In this document: positions 29,525 through 40,978 of the stretch, piece after piece
Layout: every line of letters starts with the position of its first letter
Numbering within the stretch: position 1 is the first letter of the stretch
Origin: Prasinococcaceae sp. CCMP 1430
Lineage: Eukaryota; Plantae; Prasinodermophyta
Direction: 5' to 3'
Assembly: GCA_013416795.1 (NCBI GenBank)
Contig: RQSC01000026.1
Coordinates: 740,335 to 804,334 of the forward strand
DNA length: 64,000 nt
The notes under the pieces: generated by a model
Database searches by the model: none
The model's input: the letters and a program-made list of their open reading frames with translations, nothing else
Told to the model about the DNA's origin: nothing
Program-made: the position numbers and the translations under genes

Positions 29525-31051
29525 TCAATTGGTGGTAACCGCGACTGCTTGCTCGCCTCCGCGGCTTCGACCGCCGCTGCCGCCTGCGGCGCGCGCGCGC
29601 AAGGGCGGCGGGGCGCCGCCAGTGGGTGGCCGCACCGAGCAAGCGCCCTCGGCGTTGTGCATGATGTCGCACTGCAGCGCATCCCAGCCGGGGTCGCCCG
29701 GAGGCAACTGGGCAGCCCTCATCCCCGCCGCCCAAATCGCCTTGTCGACGGGCGCGACCTCATGGTGCGTGTGGTTTGAGGCCGTTGTCGTGAAGTAGCC
29801 GTGCTCGGCGCGCGCGCCGAGCTCAGCGCGCACGTTGGACTCGTAGGCGAGCATTTGCTCGTGGCGACCCACAGTGGCGTAGCAGCAGTCGTCGCGCTCG
29901 TGCAGAATCTGTACCTGGTACCGGGTTGACTCAAGACCCGCCAGCAGGTACATGCAGGTGTAATTGCACTCACGATATAGCTTGCGCCCCGGGTGGTCGG
30001 GCGCCTCAATGCTGGGATCTGGCGCGCAATTCTGCTCGAAGTCCTCTTTGTCGTTGCCGACGGGCCAGGTCTGCTTCTCCGGGTCGCGCATTGCGCATGG
30101 GATGGAGCCAGCGATGGGAAAGCTGGACGCGACGCGCGCGTCGAGCGCGGCCACAACTGTCGTCGTCCACCCACCGCCGCTCAAGCCCGCCATATGCACC
30201 TCCTCGTAGCCAAGCCTTCGGGCGTAATTGATGGTGGCGATGGCCGGCTCGAGGAAGTAGCGCAGCGCGGGCTCTCCGGCCCTCTCGATAGGCAGAAACC
30301 ACCAGTGGTCGTCCTGGGCGTACGTGGCGTTGCTGCCCGGCCCTTTGTTCACACCTTTGAGTGGCATGGAGACAATGAAGACGTCGTGGCCGTGCGCGTG
30401 CAGGAACGAGGACACGTTGTACTGCAGCCTCGCCCGAGCGCGCGCGCAGCGTGCAGTGGGTCAGCGGTAGCCTCATGGCCGGAACAGCGCGCGCTGATGC
30501 GCCGGCGAGTCGAGCGCGCGCACGTCGCGTGCGTGCGCTTTCCCACGCACCAAGTCCCACCAAGTCCCACCCCTCGGCGCCAGCTCGGATGTGCACCCCG
30601 GCCGGCAGCGCGCAAGTTCTGCCGGCGGCGCGCCGTGCGGAGTCACATTCGAACAATTGCAATCGTTGTGGCCGTGGTGGAAGACGTATGCGCTGCGGCT
30701 GCGGGGCGCGCGGCTGCTGCTGGGGCGGTCGGGGACCGGCGAGTAGAAGACAGTGGACACAATCTCCTTCACGCCCACCGCGGACGCAGCCGGGGGCGTC
30801 AGCTGCATGCGCCATTCGATGGCGTCGACTCCCGGCGCCACGCCCGCGTGCACTGCGTCGGGCTCGTCACGGGATGGCAGCCCGCCCGGGCCGAAGGCTG
30901 CGCGGGCCGCGGCGGCACGCCGCGCGCGCCACGCCCACGTCGAGTTCTCGGCGGCCGCCTGACCCACAAGCGCGCCCATCGCCGCAGCAGCCAGGGCTAC
31001 GACAAGCACCGGCGCCGGCACCGGCGCGCCGCGCCGCGCCGCGCCGCGCAT
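29525..31051 (-). CDS. Secreted alpha/beta-hydrolase-fold protein
   Basis: complement(join(29525..30421,30551..31051)), with a 129-bp in-frame intron. Signal peptide VLVVALAAAAMGALVGQAAA; HHGH; nucleophile elbow GLSGGGW; candidate Asp in ERDDCC and His in NHTHHEV. Confidence 0.8.
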
Positions 31052-31544
31052 GGTGTCCCCCGGGCGCCGTCCCAGAGCAGAGGCAGCGTTCCTCCCCCCC
31101 CCACCCGGCCACGAAAGAAGCACGTGCCCAGGCGCGCCGCCGCTGCGGCGGCGCCGGCCGCCGTCGCCGCAGCGGCACCGCGCGGGCCCGCAGGGACGCG
31201 TGGGGGGGAAGAGACGGGGATGGACCGGCGGCGCCGACGGGCAGGATGGCGGCGAGGGGCCGGGCGCGTGGGCTTGTGGGCTGGCTGGGCCGCGCGCGCG
31301 CGCGGTCCCGCCTGCTGCTCGCGCTGTGGCGCCTGAAGCCGACGCCGCAGGTCCGCAGATGGATTCGAATTCGAAAGCAGCGTAGTTTTGATGGACCATT
31401 CCAAATGCATTGTCAAGAAAACGCGGTGATGAAATCGACGTGTGAGTGTTGTGTGTGTGCGCTTCGGTGCGCCACAGGCGCGGCGCTCACGCGACGCGCC
31501 ACAGCGCGCACGCCGGCGGCGCGGCGCCCCGCGCCGTCCCGGTG

Positions 31545-34124
31545 ATGCCGAGGCTGGACTGCGTGCTGCTGGTAAGTTCGCGTGCGGGCGGCGGCGGCTG
31601 CGCGGAGGGCGCGGGCGCGCGCGGCGACGGCGAGTACGCGCCGGGCTGCGCGCCCGGCGACGCCGAGGTCCTCCTCGGCGCCGGCGAGCTGGACGAGGGG
31701 ATGCTGCGGCTGCTGACAGGAAAGGAGGTGAGGCCGGTGCCGTGCGCGGCGAGGGAGGAGGATGTGTGTGTGTTGAGGGAGGGGGAGAGTCGCGGTTGGC
31801 GCGCGGCGCCTTGGCGCGCTGCTGAGGGGGACACCAGCGAGCAATGCGGGCAGGGGGAACCAAAAAACGCGCAAACGGCCATTTCGAAAGAGCGGAAGGC
31901 ATGAACGCACGCGCGCGACGCGCGACGTGGGGGGGTGCGCAGCGCGCCGGAGCGACCCTCTCGCACGCGCGGCCCCCCCAAAGCCGGTCCGTGCGGCGCA
32001 CCAGCGCCCATCCCGCTCGGCGGACCCCAGGGCGCGCGCGGCGCGGCGCCATACGCGGTGTGGTCGCTCTCAGGGCGCGCGGTGTCGGTGGTCGTCGCGC
32101 GGGCCAGCGCTGCATTGCTTCTTTTTTGGGACTCAACCGCTTTTTCCGCCGTGTATGTCTGCGAGCGGCCGCGCTTGCAGCTGCCGCGCCGGTCGACGCT
32201 ATGCGCCCGTCCGCGCCGGGGACGCGCCCGGGGCGCCTCCTCTGCCGCTCGCCCTGCGTGGCTGTGCCCGCGCACCACTGACGCCGCCGCCCGGCGTCCG
32301 GTCGCGGATGCGCCGCCGCGCCCGCCATCTTTTCGCGCGGCGCGCGCACTGCCCCCGCACGGCGTGCAGGACCTCGAGTCGGTGACGTACGTGGAGCTGA
32401 CGGTCGACGCGGAGACAATGCCCATCAACGAGATGGGCGCGATGCTTCCGGCGCTGCGCGAGCTAAAGCTGAACAGCTCGAGCATCGCGACGCTGCGTGA
32501 GCTCGGCACGGGACTGGGCGGCTTGCGCGTGCTGTGGATCAGCCGCTGCTCGGTCGCCGACCTCGAAGGCCTCGCGGCGCTTCCCGCGCTGCGCGAGCTG
32601 TACGCGTCTTTCAACGATATCGCCGACGTGTCTGCTGTCGCCGAGCTCGAAGAGCTCACTACGCTAGACCTCGAGGGCAATCGAGTCGAGAGAGACCAGC
32701 TCGAGTGGCTGGGCGCGTGCCCCAGCCTCCGCTCGCTGGCGCTCGACGGCAACCCGGTAGCCGCTGAGGTGGGCTACCGCCACGCGGTGGCGACGACCGT
32801 GCCGCAGCTTGAGTACATCGATGATGAGCCGGTCATCGACGAAGATCGGCTGCCACCGACGCCGTCCTCGTCCACGCGCCAGCAGCTCGACGTGGGTGAG
32901 GGCGCCGGCGCGGACCTGCCGGAGCTCAGGTTGCGCGCGGGCGCTGCGTCACCAGTGAAGTCTGCAGACAACACGCCGCGCGAGGGCGCGGGGGGTGCTG
33001 GCATGGCCGTAGATGAGGATGAGGAGGAGCTCAGGCGCCTCGAGGCGCTTGAGAAGCAGATGGTTGGCTTCGGCATCAAGTATGCCAAGATTGGCATCGA
33101 CTCGGTGCTGACGCTTGGCGAGCTCGCGGGCGGCGAGGGCATCCGCGAGGGCGATGGGCTGGGCGCGATACGACCGCGCACAGCGTGCCGCCCGTCGACA
33201 CCAGGACCGCGCCCGACGTCTGATTCGGCGCTGCTACTCCGACCAGGGACCGCGCTCAGCGCAGGCAGTGGAGGATACCTCAGCCGGCCGGGGACGGCGG
33301 GGGGCTTCGAGTGGGAGCACGCTCTCAGTCGCACGTCGCTCTCAGCAGGGGCCGGCAGCACGGGGCCATCGCTGCTGTCGAAGCCGGGAACTTCGGCGGG
33401 CGCCAGGTCGCGGCCTATGAGCGCGTTCTGCGGCGTGAGCGCCAATGTGCCCCCCACCCTGGGCCCGCCGCCTCCCGTCGATCCCAGGGACGACGAGGAC
33501 GATGGCAAGCTGGAGACCGTGCTGATCGGCGCGCCCACGCGCGCGCTGCGAGACCGCCGGCGAGCGGCCAAGCAGCATGCGGAGGGCGCACCAGGGGGCA
33601 GCGGCGGCGGCGAGCATGGCGGTGGCGACAGCGAGGGTGGCAAAGGCGAGCTCGCGCCGCTCGCGCGCGGCATGGACAACTCCGAGCTGCTCGAGCAGCT
33701 CTGCCAGTGGAAGCTTGAGACTCAGATGATTGTTGACGCGGACGCCGAGGTTGCAGGGGGGCTCGCCAACTCGCTGGGCGAAGACATGGCGAACATGGAC
33801 ATCGGTGGCGGTGAAACAGACAGTGATGTGGACTTTAATGATACGGGCGGCGCCAACATCCTCCGCGTGGAGTACAGCGACCACGACTCGGACTCGGCGT
33901 CGGATGCGCCAGAGCCCGACGTGGAGCCGCTGCCGCCCTCGCGTTTTCCACCGCGGACGACGGCAGCTGGTGGTGGCTCGGCGACGGCTAGTACATGGGT
34001 GCCCACGCCGCCGCCGTTTGCGCCGCGCGTGCCCGTGCCTCCCGATGGGCCGGCGCCTGGGAGCGGCGGCATCTCCGGTATCTCCGGCAGCAGCGTCGTC
34101 AGGCGGCCAAGGCGCTACCGATGA
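31545..34124 (+). CDS. LRRC56: LRRC56/ODA8-like outer dynein arm assembly and transport LRR protein
   Basis: join(31545..31727,32370..34124). LRELKLNSSSIATLRELGTGLGGLRVLWISRCSVADLEGLAALPALRELYASFNDI...LDLEGN...LALDGNPV matches the LRRC56 LRR block. A long disordered tail follows. Confidence 0.85.
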
Positions 34125-34343
34125 ATGCGCCGACGTTGCCCCCGACAAACGCACGAAACCCTGCGCACGCCAACGCGTGCGTGCACATTCACTCGCGCGC
34201 ACACCAACAAACGCACAAACTCTACAAAGATCGCACTCTAATGAACTGATGGGCCAAACAACAATTGTATGTTATGTTACACCGCGCGCGAGCCACCGCC
34301 TGGATGCGGCCCGCGCACGCTACGTGCGGGCCGGGCAGCGCGC

Positions 34344-35656
34344 TCATTCCATGTCGTCGTCTTCGTCCTCCTCGGGCAGCGCGTCCATAGTGTCGGTGCG
34401 CTTGACGACCACACCCTGCGAGGGCTTGATCTCCGAGCTGCCGGTGGGGTCGTGGACGATGAAGGTCCACGGGCGCGGCACATCCAGGAGCAGGTTGAGG
34501 CAGTGGATGGTGTCCACGATCTTGTTCTTGGTCTCCTCGCTCATCGAGCTGCCGGCCTCGCGCACGTGCATGCCCAGGTTGAAAATAGCGGCGCCGACTG
34601 CGTAGGGAGGGGTGGGGCGTGGGCGTAGGGGCGACACGAGCACACCGCATCAGCATGCGTCCCAAGTGCGAGGCGCTGCAACGCGCACGTTGGCGCGCAA
34701 CGGGCGCGCCTGGCGCACGCATGCTCCACGCGCGCACGCGCGAGGTACGGCGTACGCACTGTGGTTGTAGATTGAGTCAATCTTGCGCCTCTGGTCTGCG
34801 CCAATCTGGAACTCGAGCTCGGGGATCTCCACGGTGGCGTCCGCGCTCTTCATGCACACGCGCCACAGGTCCTGCGTGCTGTTCACCTGCAGCACCATTT
34901 TGGTCGACGGCCGCGAGCCCGGCGGGGGCGGGGGCAAGATCTTGAACTCGTTCTTGCCATCCTCGGGCGCCGCGCCGGGCTTGACGCGCACCTGAAAGTT
35001 GGGCAGCAGCCGCAGGAAGTTGGCGAAGGTGCCTTTGAGCGCCTCCTCGAACTCGTCGTCGTCCTCGTAGCCCAGGTCGCGCCCCACCATAGATCCTACG
35101 CCCTCAACGGCGAGCCACTCCACCCCTGCTTGGCGCGTGCCTTCGTACACCTGTGCGCGCACGCGCGGGCAAGCGCCACGCAGACGAGCGGCGACGCGCC
35201 GGCGATGCCGAGGCGAGGCGCAAGTCGTCAGCACCGAGCGTCGGGCGTGGACGCCGGGCGCAGCGCCGCGCGCGCGCCCCCGCGCGCCCCTCGGCGGCCG
35301 CTGCGTCGGCGGCCGCTATTGCGGCGGCCGCTGCGGCGGCGAGCCCGCGGGGACGCGGCCGAGCTCGAATGCTGCCTCGCCGCGCGCCTCAGGCCACGCT
35401 GCGCGCGGCACGCAACGCAGTTCTCGCGCCACGGCAGCGTGATCCATACCTTCTCGAGCTCCTCCACGATGCGGTCCATCTCCTGGTGGGAGATGTCGAG
35501 CTGCATGAGCTTGTCGAGATAGCTCGAGTCCTCGCCGGCGCCAGCGGACGCGGCGCCGGCCTGCGCGGCGCCCCCCCGCGCGGCGCGCGAGAGGTCCGTC
35601 TCGGGCGGTACCACCGTGCGCGCCGGGTCGAGCGCCGTCAGCTGCTCGGCCGTCAT
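34344..35656 (-). CDS. ZPR1 A/B-domain protein lacking the Cys4 zinc finger (5' end may extend into the gap)
   Basis: complement(join(34344..34597,34760..35150,35450..35656)) is in frame. DLWRVCMKSADATVEIPELEFQIG and PWTFIVHDPTGSSEI match ZPR1 A/B motifs. Confidence 0.75.
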
Positions 35657-35666
35657 GCCACCCGCC

Positions 35667-36287
35667 NNNNNNNNNNNNNNNNNNNNNNNNNNNNNNNNNN
35701 NNNNNNNNNNNNNNNNNNNNNNNNNNNNNNNNNNNNNNNNNNNNNNNNNNNNNNNNNNNNNNNNNNNNNNNNNNNNNNNNNNNNNNNNNNNNNNNNNNNN
35801 NNNNNNNNNNNNNNNNNNNNNNNNNNNNNNNNNNNNNNNNNNNNNNNNNNNNNNNNNNNNNNNNNNNNNNNNNNNNNNNNNNNNNNNNNNNNNNNNNNNN
35901 NNNNNNNNNNNNNNNNNNNNNNNNNNNNNNNNNNNNNNNNNNNNNNNNNNNNNNNNNNNNNNNNNNNNNNNNNNNNNNNNNNNNNNNNNNNNNNNNNNNN
36001 NNNNNNNNNNNNNNNNNNNNNNNNNNNNNNNNNNNNNNNNNNNNNNNNNNNNNNNNNNNNNNNNNNNNNNNNNNNNNNNNNNNNNNNNNNNNNNNNNNNN
36101 NNNNNNNNNNNNNNNNNNNNNNNNNNNNNNNNNNNNNNNNNNNNNNNNNNNNNNNNNNNNNNNNNNNNNNNNNNNNNNNNNNNNNNNNNNNNNNNNNNNN
36201 NNNNNNNNNNNNNNNNNNNNNNNNNNNNNNNNNNNNNNNNNNNNNNNNNNNNNNNNNNNNNNNNNNNNNNNNNNNNNNNNNNNNNNN
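35667..36287. other. Assembly gap (621 N) covering the ZPR1-like / DHAD divergent promoter
   Basis: Run of N. Confidence 1.
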
Positions 36288-36309
36288 GAAGCCGCGCGGC
36301 CGCACGTGC

Positions 36310-38199
36310 GTGCGCCGCAGCGCCGCGCGCTGCGAGGGGCACACGCAGGACATCACGCCGGCCGACACGGACGGCATCAACAAGTGGAGCGCGCGCGTCA
36401 CGCAGCCCAAGTCGCAGGGCGCCTCACAGGCGATGCTCTACGCCACCGGCCTCCAGGAGGCCGACATGGACAAAGCGCAGGTGGGGATCTCGTCCTGCTG
36501 GTATGAGGGTGCGTTGGACTCGCGCGGATGCGTGCATGCGCTTGCGCGCGTGCACGTGAGAGGGAGGGCAGCGAGCGAGAGTACGCGGTTGCTCGTGCTG
36601 ACACACACGCGCACACGCGCACGCACGCGCGCGCGCACGCGTGCCCACGCGAGCATAGGCAACCCGTGCAACAAGCACCTCCTCGACCTCGGCGGCTACG
36701 TGAAGGAGGGCGTGGAGGAGGCCGGCATGGTGGGCTTCCGCTTCAACACCATCGGCGTGTCGGACGGCCTGAGCATGGGCACCGAGGGCATGAGCTACTC
36801 GCTGCAGAGCCGCGAGATCATCGCCGACTCGGTGGAGACGGTGTGGTCCGCGCAGTGGTACGACGCCAACATCTCCCTCCCCGGCTGCGACAAGAACATG
36901 CCGGGCGTGCTGATGGCCATGGGGAGGGTGAACAGGCCCGCCATCATGGTGTACGGCGGGACCATCAAACCCGGCTGCTCGGCCACGGGTGAGCCGCTGG
37001 ACATCGTCAGCGCCTTCCAGAGCTACGGCCAGTACATCGCGGGCGCCATCGACGAGGAGGAGCGCGCGGACATTGTGCGCAACTCGTGCCCCGGCGCGGG
37101 CGCCTGCGGCGGGATGTACACCGCCAACACGATGGCGTCGGCCGCCGAGGCGCTCGGCATGACGCTGCCATACTCGTCGTCCATCCCCGCGGAGGACCCG
37201 CTGAAGATTGACGAGTGCAGGAAGGCCGGCGTGGCGCTCAAGGCCATGATGGAGAAGAACCTGTGCCCCCGGGACATCATGACGAGGCCCGCCTTCGAGA
37301 ACGCCATGACGCTCATCATGGCGCTGGGCGGCTCCACCAACGCCGTGCTGCACCTCATCGCCATCGCGCGCTCGGTGGGCATCGACCTGACGCTCGATGA
37401 CTGGCAGGCAAACTCGGACCGCGTGCCCTTCATCGCCGACCTCAAGCCGTCGGGCAAGTACGTGATGGAGGACCTGCACAACGTTGGCGGCACCCCCGCG
37501 GTGCTCAAGTTCTTGCTCAAGGAGGGCATGATCGACGGCAGCTGCATGACGGTCACCGGCAAGACGCTCGCCGAGAACCTCGCGGGCTGCCCTGACCTCT
37601 CTGAAGGCCAGGACATCATCAGGCCGCTCGACCAGCCCATCAAGGAGACGGGCCACCTGCAGATCCTCTACGGTAACCTCGCGCCCGAGGGCAGCGTGGG
37701 GAAGATCACCGGCAAGGAGGGCTTGTATTTCCAGGGTACCGCGCGCGTCTTCGACCAGGAGGAGGCCATGCTCACCGCGCTGGCTGAGGACCCGATGAGC
37801 TTCAAGGGTACCGTCATCATCATCCGCTACGAGGGGCCCAAGGGGGGGCCCGGCATGCCGGAGATGCTCACGCCGACCTCGGCCATCATGGGCGCGGGCC
37901 TCGGCAACGACTGCGCGCTGCTCACGGATGGGCGCTTCTCGGGCGGCTCGCACGGCTTCGTGATTGGCCACGTGTGCCCCGAGGCGCAGGAGGGCGGGCC
38001 CATCGCGCTCGTGCGGGACGGCGACGTGATCACCATCGACGCGGAGAAGCGCGTGATGGACATGGACGTCTCCGACGAGGAGCTCGCCCGGAGGAAGGCC
38101 GAGTGGTCGCCGCCGCCGCTGCGGGCCACGCGCGGCACGCTGCACAAGTACATCAAGAACGTCAGCAGCGCGAGCACCGGCGCCGTCACCGACGAGTGA
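36310..38199 (+). CDS. DHAD: Dihydroxy-acid dehydratase (IlvD/Ilv3, plant-type); true start and transit peptide lie in the gap
   Basis: [16 protein letters not shown]|NPCN (intron 36509-36658), [29 protein letters not shown] and [11 protein letters not shown]. Confidence 0.97.
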   Translation: MRRSAARCEGHTQDITPADTDGINKWSARVTQPKSQGASQAMLYATGLQEADMDKAQVGISSCWYEGALDSRGCVHALARVHVRGRAASESTRLLVLTHTRTRARTRARTRAHASIGNPCNKHLLDLGGYVKEGVEEAGMVGFRFNTIGVSDGLSMGTEGMSYSLQSREIIADSVETVWSAQWYDANISLPGCDKNMPGVLMAMGRVNRPAIMVYGGTIKPGCSATGEPLDIVSAFQSYGQYIAGAIDEEERADIVRNSCPGAGACGGMYTANTMASAAEALGMTLPYSSSIPAEDPLKIDECRKAGVALKAMMEKNLCPRDIMTRPAFENAMTLIMALGGSTNAVLHLIAIARSVGIDLTLDDWQANSDRVPFIADLKPSGKYVMEDLHNVGGTPAVLKFLLKEGMIDGSCMTVTGKTLAENLAGCPDLSEGQDIIRPLDQPIKETGHLQILYGNLAPEGSVGKITGKEGLYFQGTARVFDQEEAMLTALAEDPMSFKGTVIIIRYEGPKGGPGMPEMLTPTSAIMGAGLGNDCALLTDGRFSGGSHGFVIGHVCPEAQEGGPIALVRDGDVITIDAEKRVMDMDVSDEELARRKAEWSPPPLRATRGTLHKYIKNVSSASTGAVTDE

Positions 38200-38370
38200 G
38201 TCGTGTGGGCGCTGCGTGCCCGTGCGTGCAAACGCATGCGCGTGTGACCATGAAACCCGTAAGCAGTCCCCGTACAAAAATACTGCGTGCACTTGCGTGC
38301 GCTTGCGCGTGTGTTTACGTGGGTGTGCGTGTGTGCATGCGTAGTGCGCGCGGAGGCGCAGCGCCGCCCC

Positions 38371-39302
38371 TCATGACGCGAGCGGCGCATCGCTGACATC
38401 GATCGCACTTCGCACGGCCTCCGTCGCGGCGGCGAGTGCCTCTGGGTCGCGCGAGGACACAGTGATTTTGGTCGTGTACTGCGCGCCGGACTTCGTCGCA
38501 GGGTAGCTGCCGATGGCGACACCAGCAGCGTGCGCCTCGGCGACTGCGCGGAGCGCGTCGGCGAGGTCGCCCTCGCCGGTTGCCGTGTATAGCGTGACGA
38601 CCTCGACGGCGTCGCCCTGGAACCTCTCGACATTGGCCGAGATCATCTGCGTGAATAGTCGCGGAATGCCAGGCAGCACCCACACCCCGCGCACATCGGC
38701 GATGGGCACCCACGTGCCCGGCGTCTCCAGAACGCGCGCCCCATCGGGCAGCGTGGCCATCCGCAGCCGCGCGGCGTTGAGCTCCTTGCGGCCGCGCGGC
38801 GCGATATCGACGACGTCAGTGACGCGCCAGCCGTGTTGCGAGGAGCCGGCGCCAAGCGCCCACACGCACCACACACACACGAGCGCACGCGCGCACACAC
38901 CTTGCCCTGCGGCTCGTAGTGCGCGCGCATTTTGTCCACGGTAGGTTCGTGAAGCGACAGGCCGACGCCCGCCCATTGCGCGACGGCCTCGTACGTGACG
39001 TCGTCGTGCGTCGGCCCGATGCCCCCCGATGTTACGACGATGCCGCTCTCCCCGACGGCGGCGCGACAGCGCGTGAGGCTGTCCGCGATGGCGTCGATCT
39101 CATCCGGGACGAACTCCGCTCGCACGAGCTCCGCACCGCGCGCTTGCAGCGCGCGCGCGAGCCAAGGCAAGTTTGTGTCGGCGGTCCGCCCCGCCAGCAG
39201 CTCGTCGCCAATGGCGACGAACGCTGCGCGTGGCGCTGGTGGCGGCGCTGATGGCGTGCGCGTCGCGGCGGCGCCGCGCGCGCCGCGTTTCGGCGATTCG
39301 AA
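38371..39302 (-). CDS. Stand-alone molybdopterin-binding/CinA-like domain protein (FAD pyrophosphatase Fpy1/FLAD1-hydrolase-like); start not resolved
   Basis: AIGDELLAGRTADTN, VPDE, TSGGIGPTHDDVT, RLRMATLP, LPGIPRLF and IGSYP. Intron 38785-38900 has a CTGAC branch point. Confidence 0.85.
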
Positions 39303-39697
39303 CTGGTATGCGAAAACGCGCGTCCGCGTCCATTTGGCGGAACATACGACATTTCGCGTCGCATTTACGTAATTCTGTCGGGCGACTATGCGAATTCCGA
39401 ATTCTGCCGTCGATTCTGTTTTTCAACAACTCCCCGCCCGCGCGCGCGCCGAAATCGGCGTTTCGGCGAACGCGTCTGTGTGCGCGCGGACATGGCGAGA
39501 CGGCGGCACCCGCGGACGCTTGCGCGCGCCGCGCCGCAGATTGCCGCGGAATCGCCGGCGATCCCCCCGCGATCTCCCGACCCCCCAGAAGAACCGCCGG
39601 CGCGCGCGCGCGTGGCACGCGCGCCACGCGCGTGGCGCGCACACGCAGCCGCCGCACACGTTCCGAACCCTAAGAAACGCGCGCGCGCGAGAGAGAC

Positions 39698-39891
39698 GCG
39701 CGTTAGGGGTGGTGGCGGCGCAGAGGCAAAAGCGCCGGGTTTGAGGTTTATTAGATATGAGGGTCCCTGACACATCGGGGAGCGCGAGCCGGGGGACGGG
39801 GGACGGGGAGGCGCGTTAGGGGTGGTGGCGGCGTTGAGGCAAAAGCGCCGGGTTTGAGGTTTATTAGATATGAGGGTCCCTGACACATCGG
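39698..39891. repeat. 81-bp near-perfect direct repeat (2 copies, 113-bp period)
   Basis: 39698-39778 vs 39811-39891, with 2 mismatches (CA vs TT). Confidence 0.95.
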
Positions 39892-39957
39892 CGAGTCCGA
39901 GGATTGCGCGGCGGCGCCTGCGATGCGGGGGCCGGGCCGGCGGTCACGCCGGCTCCC

Positions 39958-39995
<38 letters not shown>

Positions 39996-40461
39996 AATAT
40001 GTGAGTTCGTGGAATTCATGGTAAGAATGGGTGGCTCGTTTGCATTCGATGTCACGGCCTCCACAGCACAAACATGCTGTAATTCAGTCAAATAAAATAA
40101 AATAAATTAAAAATCAAAATCAAAATCAAAAAGTCTGCGAGCGCTTGTGATGTGTGGTGTGCTTTTAAAGTTTTTTTTTTAAAATTCCGAGGCATTTTAT
40201 GCATTTATTTATTTAATTAATTAATCAATAAATGGTTGGATACCGCACGTTGCATTCGATAGGGATTCCACGGGAGAGGGGGGGCGCGGCGACGCGCCGC
40301 CGCCGCGACTTTCATCGCCGAAAACGGGGCTCTCGCGGATGACGACATTCGTTGCGAATGCTCGGGGTGCTAAAACCGCGGAAGGCGTCGTTAAATACGC
40401 AGCGACCGCGAAAACGTTTTGCGCCGATCCCGATCCGCCCGCGCCGGGCGCGCGACACACC

Positions 40462-40514
40462 AAACCCTAACTCTGCGTAAAAACGTTATTGAGGTTTGAA
40501 AATGTGTAGGGTTT
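40462..40514. promoter_or_regulatory. Telo-boxes (AAACCCTAA 40462-40470; TAGGGTTT 40507-40514)
   Basis: Exact plant telo-box sequences on both strands, beside an AT-rich island at about 39960-40260. Confidence 0.5.
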
Positions 40515-40978
40515 GACGAGTACTTGGGGGCCGGGCGCTGATGGGGGGGGAGGGGGCGAGGGCGTCGGCGAGGGCGTCGGCGGGAGGGGGGCGACGGGGG
40601 GAGGCAGGGAGGGAGGCGGCGTGTCGTTACGCGCGCGCGCTCGAGGGGTTTAAGGGTCTCGCGGCGCGGCGGCGAGTCATCGCTTGCGCTTGGCGGCGGC
40701 GCCGCGCGCGCCCCGCGTGTCGCCGTGCGCAGCCGGGAGTAGCGGGGCGCGGCGGGCGCAAGGGTGGCAGCCTCGCGGGGGCAGCCCTGGCGAGAGCCGG
40801 CGCGCCAGCACGGAGCGCATCGCGGCGCTGCCTGCGTGGCGCCGGGCTGGCGGCGCGGTGTGGCTGGTCCAGCACAACATGCGCGCACCCCCCCCACACA
40901 CGCACGACCGCTTTGAAGAAAAAATCGTGTTATTATCGCCGGCGAGAGGCCGCGTGCTGCTAGCTGCCCGCGAGCCCA

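Noticed and set aside
31424-31520. Box C/D snoRNA starting at GTGATGA (about 31424)
   Set aside because: No suitably placed CTGA D box or terminal stem.
35153-36559. ORFs spanning the N gaps (also 61484..62286)
   Set aside because: They are open only because N translates as X.
39386-39886. Two ORFs both starting MSGTLISNKPQTRRFCL
   Set aside because: By-product of the 81-bp DNA duplication; no coding bias.
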